This document shows, one piece after another, positions 7,677 through 17,200 of a stretch of 64,000 nt of DNA. Source of the stretch: Phycisphaerales bacterium (GTDB lineage Bacteria; Planctomycetota; Phycisphaerae; Phycisphaerales; UBA5793); assembly GCA_044229655.1 (NCBI GenBank), contig JBGASM010000009.1, positions 31,708-95,707 of the forward strand, read 5' to 3'. How positions within the stretch are numbered: position 1 is the stretch's first letter; each line of letters opens with the position of its first letter. The position numbers and the translations under genes are program-made. The notes below the pieces were generated by a model. That model was given only the letters and a program-made list of their open reading frames with translations. It searched no databases and had not been told where the DNA came from.

Positions 7677-9622
7677 AACACGAAACCCTCGATCGCCTGG
7701 TACTCGGGCAAACCAAGCCTGTCATAGGCCTCGGCGGTCTTTCGATTCCGGTCCTCGGCTCGCTGCCAGAACTCGCGTGGGTCATTTGGGCCGGGAAACA
7801 GAGCTTTGTCCTTCTGGGATTGATGTTTGAAGATGGCTGTGCGCTTCCGATCAACCTCGGAAGGACTGAGCGGAACGGCCATGTCAATGTCGTTTGGCTC
7901 CCACTCCTGCCATGCCCCGCGGTATAGCCACACCTCACACTCGTTCATCCAAGTCTGGCGCGCTCGAACCTGCGCAACGGAGCGCAGTATGGCGGAAAGA
8001 CAGACGCGGTGAGTTCCGTGCGGATCAGACAGATCGCCCGCGGCATAGATCAGGTGCGGCCTGACCTGCTCGATGAGGCTGCTGACGATGGCGATATCCG
8101 CATCAGACAAGGGCTTCTTGCGAACCTTTCCGGTCTCGTAGAAGGGGAGATCTAAGAAATGGATGCATTCAGCGTTGACGCCCGCCTCCCTCGCCCCAGC
8201 GCGGGCTTCGGTACGGCGAATGAGCGTCTTAATGCGCTGCAGTTCGGGAGTGTCAATCTCCCCCGGCTTCTTGGCGCGTACGAACGCTTGGATCTTCGAT
8301 TCGATGTCGCGAACCTGGGCCGCGCTGAACAGGTCAAATCCGCGCGCAAACTCGGTCACAAAGTCGGCGTGGCGGATCGCTTCCTCGTCCCAGACCGCGA
8401 TGTTGCCGGACGTCTGATATGCGACATGCACTTCATGCCCCTGATCACAGAGACGAATGAGGGTTCCTCCCATCGAAATCACGTCATCATCAGGATGAGG
8501 ACTGAAGACAATAATTCGCTTGGGGAAGACATCCGGCCCGTTCTCGGGATCCGCTCCCTTGCCGGCGACAAACCTAGGCCGGCCCGGTTTCCCGCCGGGC
8601 CAGCCCACAATGGTCCGTTGCAACGCTCGAAAGACCTCGATGTTGATGTTGTAGGCACCGCCGCGAGCGGCCAGCAGTTCCTGGAGACCATGCTCGTTGT
8701 AGTCCTCATCGGTGAGTTTCAGCACAGGCTTGGAGACAAGGCCGCTGAGCCAGACGACGGCCTTGCGGGTGAGGGCAGCATCCCACGATCGACCGTGCTG
8801 GGCTACCGGTCCGAGCAGCCACGGGGTCTTGTAGCGAGTCAGTTCTGCCGCAGCAGCGGTGTCAAGTACAAACTGCGCATCCGGATGTTGCTGGAGAAAA
8901 CTCGCGGCGACACTGGCCGTCACGTCGCCTTCAACAGCGCGACGCACGATCGGAGCCTTGTGCTCGCCAAAGGCCATGAGCACAACGCGCCGGGCAGCGA
9001 GAATTGTCCCCACACCCATGGTCACCGCCTGGCGCGGCACATTCTTCTCGCCGAAGAAATCGCCTGCGGCGTCCATGCGCGTCACGCGGTCCAGCGTGAT
9101 GACGCGAGTGCGGCTCTCGCGTGAACTGCCGGGTTCGTTGAATCCGACATGACCGGTTCGGCCAATGCCCAGCAACTGCAAGTCAATGCCGCCGGCGCGG
9201 GCGATCGCATCCTCATAGGCGCGGCATGCCGCCTCGAGTCCGTCCCGCGCGACTGCGCCATCGGGAACGTGAACCCGGGCAGGGTCAATGTCGACGTGAT
9301 CAAACAGATGATCGCGCATGAACCGCCGATATGACTGCAATTCCTCCGGTTGCATCGGCCAATACTCATCGAGATTGAACGTGACCACGTTTCGGAATGA
9401 GAGCCCCTCCTCACGATGCAGGCGCACGAGCTCGTCGTACACGCCCACCGGCGTCGAACCTGTAGCGAGCCCAAGCACAGCCGGCGCGCCTGCGGCATTC
9501 CTCTGCCGAATAAGCGCGGCGATCTGGCCGGCAACCCACGCGCTGGCCTCCGCGCTGGAGGCGTGAACACGCACCGGAATTCTTTCCGTCCCCCCGCTCT
9601 CCGTTTGCATCAGTGAACTCAT
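7655..9622 (-). CDS. nagB: Glucosamine-6-phosphate deaminase, long form with C-terminal PIG-L/LmbE-like domain
   Basis: VLGLATGSTP, TFNLDEY, LLGIGRTGHVGFNEPGS; C-terminal FSPHPDDDVI, DPHGTH, HQSQ; start 9622 or 9610. Confidence 0.95.
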   Translation of the reverse strand: MSSLMQTESGGTERIPVRVHASSAEASAWVAGQIAALIRQRNAAGAPAVLGLATGSTPVGVYDELVRLHREEGLSFRNVVTFNLDEYWPMQPEELQSYRRFMRDHLFDHVDIDPARVHVPDGAVARDGLEAACRAYEDAIARAGGIDLQLLGIGRTGHVGFNEPGSSRESRTRVITLDRVTRMDAAGDFFGEKNVPRQAVTMGVGTILAARRVVLMAFGEHKAPIVRRAVEGDVTASVAASFLQQHPDAQFVLDTAAAAELTRYKTPWLLGPVAQHGRSWDAALTRKAVVWLSGLVSKPVLKLTDEDYNEHGLQELLAARGGAYNINIEVFRALQRTIVGWPGGKPGRPRFVAGKGADPENGPDVFPKRIIVFSPHPDDDVISMGGTLIRLCDQGHEVHVAYQTSGNIAVWDEEAIRHADFVTEFARGFDLFSAAQVRDIESKIQAFVRAKKPGEIDTPELQRIKTLIRRTEARAGAREAGVNAECIHFLDLPFYETGKVRKKPLSDADIAIVSSLIEQVRPHLIYAAGDLSDPHGTHRVCLSAILRSVAQVRARQTWMNECEVWLYRGAWQEWEPNDIDMAVPLSPSEVDRKRTAIFKHQSQKDKALFPGPNDPREFWQRAEDRNRKTAEAYDRLGLPEYQAIEGFVLWRGENR

Positions 9623-9743
9623 GCCGAATGATTGCAACCTGATTGCCAAGTGCGACCGAGACGCCCTGCTGTCGGAGAAGATCATTTCGGTGCGTGCCGG
9701 GGGATCTCGCACGGGCCGCCCACTTGCTCACCCGAAGTCGAAC

Positions 9744-10229
9744 CTACAGAGCGCGATGCATGACGAGAAGATCGCTGTATCCACCCGACTTGAGGCGAAA
9801 TGCAGCCGGCACACGCCCGATGATCGTGAACCCGAGTCCTGTCCACAACCGCACCGCGGGCTCGTTTGTGGCAACAACAGCGTTGAACTGCATGGCTGAG
9901 AATCCCGCCTGACGAGCCTCGGCCAGAGAGTGCGTGCCGAGCATGCGGCCGACACCTGCCCCGCGCGCGGCGGGATCGACAAGGTACGCGGCGTTGGCGA
10001 CATGGCTCCCACGTCCCGGCTGATTCGGTCGAAACACGTACGCGCCGACGACCTGGCCGCCGCCGTCGACTGCGACGAACGCGTGGCTCCAGGAAGCGAC
10101 CCAGCCGAGTATTCCCGCATCGTCAAACGGAGTCTCGTACACGAACGCCTCGCCACCGTCGACGATGCTGTTCATCATCGCACTGACCGCGCCCGCATCG
10201 GACCGGTGAAACGCACGGATCGTCGCCAT
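9744..10229 (-). CDS. GNAT family N-acetyltransferase
   Basis: VDPAARGAGVGR acetyl-CoA motif, QFNAVVATNEPAVRLWTGLGF. Confidence 0.92.
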   Translation of the reverse strand: MATIRAFHRSDAGAVSAMMNSIVDGGEAFVYETPFDDAGILGWVASWSHAFVAVDGGGQVVGAYVFRPNQPGRGSHVANAAYLVDPAARGAGVGRMLGTHSLAEARQAGFSAMQFNAVVATNEPAVRLWTGLGFTIIGRVPAAFRLKSGGYSDLLVMHRAL

Positions 10230-10249
10230 GCGAAAGCATACCAGACCGT

Positions 10250-10747
10250 TCAGGCTGTGGGACTCGTCGTGCGCTGGGCGCGCTTCGCGGCAAGGGAATC
10301 GATCCCACCCAGCCATGAGGGCGGGCCGGCGCCGCAGCAGGGTTCTGAGCGTGCCGCGATCCGCGTGAGGGCAGACATTCCAGGCGCGGGAGCGCAGAAA
10401 GCGCCGGATATCGCATGACGATGACTCGAGAACCAGTCAAATGCCCGCCTGACAAATGGCTTGCAGGACGGGTCGGCAAGCAGGAACGACCATCCGCGAT
10501 ACTCGCGCAGCGCCCACAGGCAAATGAGCCAGGCATCCGCACCGCGATACATCGCGCCTTCATCGCTGATGACGAGCAGTTCATCAGGTTCGGCGGGCAA
10601 ACTCAAGGTGGGAAACCGCGTCGCCACGATCCCGGGGTCTGCCGGAAGGAAGTCGAGGCGAACATAGGCAGGCTGCCGGGAAAGCCAGTGGCTGCAGCGG
10701 ACGCAGAAATCACATCGGGCATCAAAGAGGACGGCAAGAGTGCGCAT
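10250..10747 (-). CDS. DCC1-like (DUF393) thiol-disulfide oxidoreductase family protein
   Basis: N-terminal LFDARCDFC (DxxCxxC), GADAW, FDWFSSHRH. Confidence 0.85.
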   Translation of the reverse strand: MRTLAVLFDARCDFCVRCSHWLSRQPAYVRLDFLPADPGIVATRFPTLSLPAEPDELLVISDEGAMYRGADAWLICLWALREYRGWSFLLADPSCKPFVRRAFDWFSSHRHAISGAFCAPAPGMSALTRIAARSEPCCGAGPPSWLGGIDSLAAKRAQRTTSPTA

Positions 10748-10794
10748 GATCTCGACCTTTCGCGGATGAGACTCGGACGGAGCGGCACCACGGA

Positions 10795-11250
10795 TCACGA
10801 CGCGATCGGCGCAGCAGCAGGCAGGAATAAAGAGGGCTCAACCGGCGGCGGCTGATGGGTCAGGAGCGCGCGACGCCGCATGCGGGAGAAAATGAAGAGG
10901 TTGAAGAAGTGCATGACTCCGAGGACGACCAGAACAAGGCCGATCTTGAAGGAGAGGAACTCCACCGCATCCTGAAGGCTGGACGGCTTGCTTCCGTATT
11001 CGAGTGCGAGTGTGACGTAACCGATGTTGATCAGGTAGAAACCCACCACGAGAAGGTGATTGACCGCGTCGGCCAAGGCTTCATTGCCAGCGAAACTCTC
11101 TACCAGGAAAAGGCGCCCGTGCCGATGGAGCGTGCGCGCCACCCACCATGTCAGCACAATGCTGATGGGGAGATAGGCGATGTAGGTCCAAACGGTGTAG
11201 TTGAGGTCGACGGCGAGAGCGGGCAAAGATGACTGGGCAAGCGCAAACAT
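10795..11250 (-). CDS. Integral membrane protein of unknown function
   Basis: About 3 TM helices; motifs LADAVNHLLVVGFYLINIGY and KIGLVLVVLGVMHFFN; RBS AAGGA. Confidence 0.88.
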   Translation of the reverse strand: MFALAQSSLPALAVDLNYTVWTYIAYLPISIVLTWWVARTLHRHGRLFLVESFAGNEALADAVNHLLVVGFYLINIGYVTLALEYGSKPSSLQDAVEFLSFKIGLVLVVLGVMHFFNLFIFSRMRRRALLTHQPPPVEPSLFLPAAAPIAS

Positions 11251-11288
11251 GATGTGATCCTTTCGTGTTAGAGCCTGTTATATCAGAC

Positions 11289-11307
11289 ATTTCTGTTCAT
11301 ACAGAAT
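11289..11307. promoter_or_regulatory. Palindromic operator copy 1 (ATTTCTGT-N4-ACAGAAT)
   Basis: TTCTGT-TCAT-ACAGAA upstream of the membrane protein gene; same arms as 11901-11919. Confidence 0.7.
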
Positions 11308-11347
11308 CTTTTGAGCCGAAAGCGACTAGCCGCTGGGCCGTGTTGAA

Positions 11348-11887
11348 TCAACGTGAGCGGGAACCGGGAAGCAAGGACCGCACGCGGTCGCCGAGCTTCA
11401 TGACTTTGATGAGCGCATCCTGGGGGAGGCGGCGAAGCTGCTCGTACCACCCCGTGGTTGTCTGGAAGAAGTCGAGCATGGCGGACAGCCGCGACTGCAG
11501 CAAAGGGTCCGGCTGCTTCTCGCGCTTCAGGTCTGCCATGCACTCGTGAAGCATGCGGATGGTCGGGTCGACCTCGCGCTTCTTGCGTTCATCGAGCACG
11601 TGCAGGAACATCTGCCAGACATCGGACTGAGTTTCGAAGTGGTCGCGCCGGTCGCCCATGACGTGCACAAGGCGAACCAGATCCCAGCCCTGAAGTTCGC
11701 GCAGGCTCGTCGATACGTTGGAACGAGCCACAGACAGAAGCGAGGCGATTTCTTCAGCCGGAAGCGGGCGCGGCGAGAGGTACAGCAAGGCGTGAATCTG
11801 GGCGACCGTTCGGTTGATTCCCCAGCGGGTCCCCATCTCCCCCCAGTGCAGGACATACTTACGTGCAACCGGTGACAAGGCATCCAC
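11348..11887 (-). CDS. GbsR/MarR family winged-helix transcriptional regulator
   Basis: WGEMGTRWGINRTVAQIHALLY...ARSNVSTSLRELQGW...GDRRDHF; GTG start with AGGAG. Confidence 0.92.
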   Translation of the reverse strand: MDALSPVARKYVLHWGEMGTRWGINRTVAQIHALLYLSPRPLPAEEIASLLSVARSNVSTSLRELQGWDLVRLVHVMGDRRDHFETQSDVWQMFLHVLDERKKREVDPTIRMLHECMADLKREKQPDPLLQSRLSAMLDFFQTTTGWYEQLRRLPQDALIKVMKLGDRVRSLLPGSRSR

Positions 11888-11900
11888 GGCTCATTCTCCT

Positions 11901-11919
11901 ATTTCTGTCTTGACAGAAT
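11901..11919. promoter_or_regulatory. Palindromic operator copy 2 (ATTTCTGT-N4-ACAGAAT)
   Basis: TTCTGT-CTTG-ACAGAA immediately upstream of the regulator RBS. Confidence 0.7.
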
Positions 11920-11998
11920 ATATCGACATTTCAGCACATGTCAAGGAGAGTAATCCAGAATAAATGCAAAACCTGGCTGCCGGCATTCGCTCGGCCGG

Positions 11999-13075
11999 TT
12001 ATGGGCCGCCGCGCGAGGCCATAAACCAGTCCACTGCAGCGTGAATGGTGTCCACCCAACCCTGGCGGTCACCGTTGACCATGAATCCGTGGTCAGCGCC
12101 GTCCACACGCCGGTAGGTCACTCTTCGCCCGCGCGCGACGAGCTCGGCGTACATCACATCCGTCGCTGTGGGTGAAACAGCCGTGTCTGCCGCCCCTTGC
12201 GCGAGAAACACATTGGCCTTGCTGCTCAGAATCGCATCGACGGCTGAGGTCTGCAGAAACGAGGTCCAGCGGCGATATGGGTGACCCAGAAAGAACTTGT
12301 CCGTCGACTGAGGATCGGCGAGAACCTTGTTCCATTCGGCAACCATCCAATCCACGCGCTCCTGAGCCGTAGCTCCCGGCACTCCCATCGTTCCTTCGCG
12401 AGCCAGCTCGAGCAGGTCAAAGAGTTGCGTCGGCCCTCCGCCGGCCAAAGCCGCCACATGGGTGACGGATGGGTTCTTCGCTGCCAGATGGCTGACAACC
12501 TGTGCGCCCTCAGAATGTCCCAACGCCAGGACGTAACTCGCGTCGACGCCGTCGATCTTGGAAGCCGCAAGAATCGACGCATTCAGTGCTTCCACCCAGC
12601 GATCGAGCGTGTGCTCCGCACGAAACTCGGGTGAGCCCTCTTCCGCTCCTCCGGGACGCTGCGGCTGAACCAGGAAGGCCACGCCTGGCTTCTCGACGAC
12701 GAGTATGCGTGCCTTCGCGCGATAATCGCGCAGGACAACCGCCTCCGGCCCACCCGAGCCGATGCGCTTGCCATTGGGTGTGTCAACCTCGAGGAAGACA
12801 GACTGCGAGCCGGAACCCTGAACACTCACGATCAGCGGCAAAGAGGCGCCGGCGGGGGCGTCCGCAGGCGGTTTGGAAAGGTAAAACGTGATCTCGCGGT
12901 CGAACTGATCCGTTGTGTGGTACCGCGTATAAGGGAAACTCTCGATGACCTCTGAGTCGGCTTGGGGTTCATAGCGAGTACGGGCGGTTGCAGCCGGGAG
13001 GGTGGTCTCCTGGGCGCGGGCCGGGACCACCAACAGAACAGCGACGATCAGGATTGCTCGGATCATGGCAGGCAA
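11999..13075 (-). CDS. Secreted alpha/beta hydrolase (esterase or S9 peptidase-like)
   Basis: Signal peptide, GHSEG nucleophile elbow, QGAADTAV Asp, GADHGF His. Confidence 0.9.
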   Translation of the reverse strand: MPAMIRAILIVAVLLVVPARAQETTLPAATARTRYEPQADSEVIESFPYTRYHTTDQFDREITFYLSKPPADAPAGASLPLIVSVQGSGSQSVFLEVDTPNGKRIGSGGPEAVVLRDYRAKARILVVEKPGVAFLVQPQRPGGAEEGSPEFRAEHTLDRWVEALNASILAASKIDGVDASYVLALGHSEGAQVVSHLAAKNPSVTHVAALAGGGPTQLFDLLELAREGTMGVPGATAQERVDWMVAEWNKVLADPQSTDKFFLGHPYRRWTSFLQTSAVDAILSSKANVFLAQGAADTAVSPTATDVMYAELVARGRRVTYRRVDGADHGFMVNGDRQGWVDTIHAAVDWFMASRGGP

Positions 13076-13183
13076 TGATGCAAACGCGCCTGCCGTCCGT
13101 CAAGATGTGGCCGACGGAGGCGCTCGGCGTGCCCCAATCAATCCCCCCCACTCTTCTCAGATGCAAGGAGGATCAGTGAGCCC

Positions 13184-14059
13184 TCACGGAATCCGGGCAA
13201 GATCTGCCAACTGATCCTCGTTGAAGTAGGGAATGTTGTCGCTGAAGCGTGAGTTGACGGATTGAATGATGAAGTTTGCCGTCAACGCGTTTCCAACCGC
13301 GGTCGGGTGGATGACGTCCGCAAAGATCCCGTCATACCTGCCGTAGACCGGCGTCGTCTGAAGTTGGACGCCGCGAAGAACCGGCGGGTTCTCTATGACA
13401 GCCGGCATCTGGGAATAGGTGTCAAAAACCACAAACTGCCGATAGCGCGTCAGTCCGCGCAGGAGCACATTCACGCGCTCGGTGTGTGCGCGGATGTTGG
13501 CGATCTGCTGGGTGTTGTATAGGCCGAAATTCTCCGGGCAATACGTCACATCGGGAATGGTCCAGATGATCCACTGCGCGGTGCGGTTGGACAGCGCCAA
13601 CGAGCGCACTGAATCCCGGATGTTGGCGATGCAGTTGTTGATGATGGCATCGACATTGGGGTCCGAGCCGGGAGGATTGTTTGCAAGGACGTCAATGTTG
13701 TTGAGGATGTCATTGCCGCCGATCTCGAATCCGAAGATCGTGGGACGGTCCTGGGTCCCCAGCGTCCGGGCAATGTTGTACAGCGAGATCTGAAAGGCGA
13801 TGTCGCCGGATTCAGAGCCGGCAATCGCGTAGGAATTGAGCTCGTCGCCGCTCGACGACCCCTTTTCAAACACACATTGGTTCGGATCGGACCCGTACAT
13901 GTCCTGTGGATTGCCGTAGACAAGTCCGAGGATGTCGTTATGCGTCAGACTGTCGCCGAAGGTCACCATGTCCCTGAAGTTGGCCTGAGCGAGCGCCGTT
14001 GCCGCTGCACAGGCGCCGCACAACACCGCCAGGCTGAGAATTCGAAAGTGATGACGCAT
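13184..14059 (-). CDS. Secreted SGNH/GDSL hydrolase
   Basis: FGDSLT block I, IGGND block III, ADVIHPT block V; signal peptide MRHHFRILSLAVLCGACAAATALAQ. Confidence 0.9.
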   Translation of the reverse strand: MRHHFRILSLAVLCGACAAATALAQANFRDMVTFGDSLTHNDILGLVYGNPQDMYGSDPNQCVFEKGSSSGDELNSYAIAGSESGDIAFQISLYNIARTLGTQDRPTIFGFEIGGNDILNNIDVLANNPPGSDPNVDAIINNCIANIRDSVRSLALSNRTAQWIIWTIPDVTYCPENFGLYNTQQIANIRAHTERVNVLLRGLTRYRQFVVFDTYSQMPAVIENPPVLRGVQLQTTPVYGRYDGIFADVIHPTAVGNALTANFIIQSVNSRFSDNIPYFNEDQLADLARIP

Positions 14060-14221
14060 GCTGTCTCCCAGGAAGAGTGAAATGATCAATTCAAAGTGTA
14101 TTGCGGGACAATCGGGAAATTGCGGGACTCCAGCCGACACCGCCTTAATCTTTGACGAACTGGAATGGAGCGCCCGGGTTATCGGCGCTTCGGAGCAGCA
14201 ACCGGCATTCTGGACCGCAAT

Positions 14222-17200
14222 GTGAGCCAATCTTTGGAATCCATCCTGAGCGAATTACGCCGGCGTGCGGATCTGTGCCTCACGGCGGATCAACCTGTCA
14301 TCCGCAGGCGGATTGAATCGTTGCGCGCTCGCGCGGCGCGCGGCGAGCCGGTGGACCGCATGCAGGCGCAGGTCGAGGCGTCCATTCAACGCTCGGAGGA
14401 GATCCGTCACGACCGGCGGGTGGCCATTCCGGCCCTGATGTACCCGGATGAACTGCCGGTCACGCAGAGTCGGCGTGAGATTCTGGAAGCGCTCGCTGCC
14501 AACCAGGTGATCGTGGTGTGCGGCGAGACCGGGTCAGGCAAAACCACGCAGCTGCCAAAGATGTGTCTTGAGCTCGGGCGCGGGATTGCGGGCGTCATCG
14601 GACATACCCAGCCCAGGCGTATCGCCGCGCGGGCGGTGGCCGCGCGGTTGCGCGAGGAGATTGAGGGGCGCCGTGATGAACAGACTGAGGGCGCACGCGC
14701 ATCCATCGTGGGATACAAAGTCCGCTTCACCGACCACACGAGCGCGCGCACGAGCGTGAAGGTCATGACAGACGGAATCCTGCTCGCCGAGACGCAGGGC
14801 GATCGGCTGCTCGCGCAATACGACACCCTCATCATCGACGAGGCGCACGAGCGCAGCCTCAACATTGACTTTCTGCTTGGGTACCTGCGCAACATCCTGC
14901 CCCGCCGCCCCGACCTGAAGGTCGTCATCACGTCGGCAACCATCGACCCGCAGCGATTCAGCGCGCATTTCCATGGGGCGCCGATCATCGAAGTATCCGG
15001 CAGGGTTTATCCCGTCGAGGTGCGCTATAGGCCGGCAAGCGAGGTGGAGACGGAAATCGAGGAGGATGCCCAGATCGTCGCGTTGATTGGTGCGGTGGAT
15101 GAACTGACCAGGGACGGAGAGGGCGACATTCTCGTGTTCCTGTCAGGGGAACGGGACATTCGCGAGGCGGCCGAAGCGCTTCGCAAACACCATTTGCCCG
15201 GGACATGTGAGGTGTTGCCCCTGTATGGGAGACTTTCCACGGCGGACCAGGCCCGCGTATTCGAGCCGCATCGGGGTCGGCGAATCGTGCTGGCCACCAA
15301 CGTCGCGGAAACATCGCTCACTGTGCCCGGCATTCGGGCGGTGATTGACACGGGATACGCACGCATCAGCCGGTACAACCCCAGGACCAAGGTCAACCGG
15401 CTTCCGATCGAACCGATCTCGCGAGCCTCCGCTGACCAGCGAAAGGGCCGCTGCGGCCGCCTAGGGCCGGGCATCTGCATCCGGCTGTACAGCGAAGACG
15501 ATTACCGCAGTCGGCCCGAGTTCACTGAGCCGGAAATCCTGCGTTCGAATCTCGCGTCAGTGATTCTGCAGATGAAGGCCGTGGGGTTGGGCGACCTGAC
15601 GGTCTTTCCGTTCATCGACACCCCCGAACTGCGGCATATTCGCGACGGGCAGGACACGCTCCTTGAGCTGGGAGCAACCGACAGCGAGGGCCGACTCACC
15701 GAGATCGGAAGGACGCTGGCGCGCCTGCCTGCCGATCCGCGCATTGGGCGCATGGTGCTGGCCGCACAGGCCGAGCAATGCGTCGCCGAGGTCCTGATCA
15801 TCGCATCCGCGCTGTCGGTGCAGGACCCCCGGGAACGCCCTCTCGAGAAAGCAGAGATAGCAGACGCGGCCCACGCTCGTTTTCGAGACCCATCATCCGA
15901 CTTTCTCTTTTATCTCAACCTGTGGGACTTCGCGGCCAACTGCCGGAAGCATCTCACTCGCTCCAAGCAGCGAAAATCCTATGTCGAGCACTTCCTTTCA
16001 CCCGTGCGCATGCGCGAGTGGGAGGAGGTGCACCAGCAGTTGCACACACTGCTGGCCGACATGGGCATCGCGGTTGAAGCCCGTGATGTTGAAAATGTCG
16101 CTCACGAGACCCTGCTTCACCCAGGCAGTGCGGCGCCGCCGGACTCGGAGCCCAAGCGCATCACGCCGCAGAACATCAGGCAGGGCGTCGAGACGCTCAA
16201 GCGACACCCCAGGTTCGACCCGATCCATCGCGCCCTATTGGCCGGTTTGCTGTCGAATGTCGGGCGCAAGACCGCCGACTTTGAGTACACGGGCGCACAG
16301 GGAACGAAGTTCTCAATCTTTCCCGGCTCGGCGCTCTTTCGAACCACGCCGAAATGGGTGATGGCGGGCGAAATCGTTCGGACGACGCGCATGTATGCAC
16401 GCACGGTCGCGCCAATCAAGCCGGAATGGGTGGAGCGGCTGGGCAATCACCTGATCGTGCGTCAGCATGCGGATCCGCGGTGGGACCCTCAGTTCTCCCA
16501 AGCCATGGCCGCCGAGGCCGGCGCCTTGCGCTCGTTGGAGCTTTACGCCAATCGGCGGGTGCCCTACGGGCCTGTAAACCCCAAGGCCGCGCGCGAGATG
16601 TTCATTGAGCATGCTCTGGTCAACGGCGAATATAAGAGCAACGCACCGCATGTGCGCAACAATCGCGCGCTGATCGCAGAATCTGAGCGGCTGGCAGCCA
16701 AGGCTCGCAATCGGCAGATGCTGCCGGACCGCAAGGCGATCTTCGAGTTCTTTGATGTGCGGATTCCGCAGGGAATCTACAACGCAGCCCTGTTCGAACG
16801 CTGGCGCAAGAAGGCGGAAGAGTCGCACCCCACGCTCTTGTTCATGCGGCGCGAGGACCTCATTCGACTTGAACCGCCCGCCGATCTGCACCGAAAGTTC
16901 CCTGATCATGCGGACTTTCACGGCTCAAAACTCCCGCTGGATTACAAGTTTGACCCGGGCGCTCCGGATGACGGCGTCACCCTGACCGTGCCAATCGAGC
17001 TGCTCAACCTTCTCAAGCCGGAAGAGACGCCATGGCTGGTTCCCGGGTTGTGGAATGACCTGCTCACTGCGCTGATTCGCGAACTGCCCTCCGAGTGGCG
17101 GCGGCGCTTCATCCCCGCGCCGGAGTTCGCGGCCAGGATCTGTGCCGCCTTCGGGAAACCCGAATTCAAGGAGCGCGGATCCTTCGTTGATGCGGTCGCG

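Noticed and set aside
11283-11543. 86-aa minus-strand ORF
   Set aside because: Alternative frame overlapping the regulator and its operator; no protein-like features.
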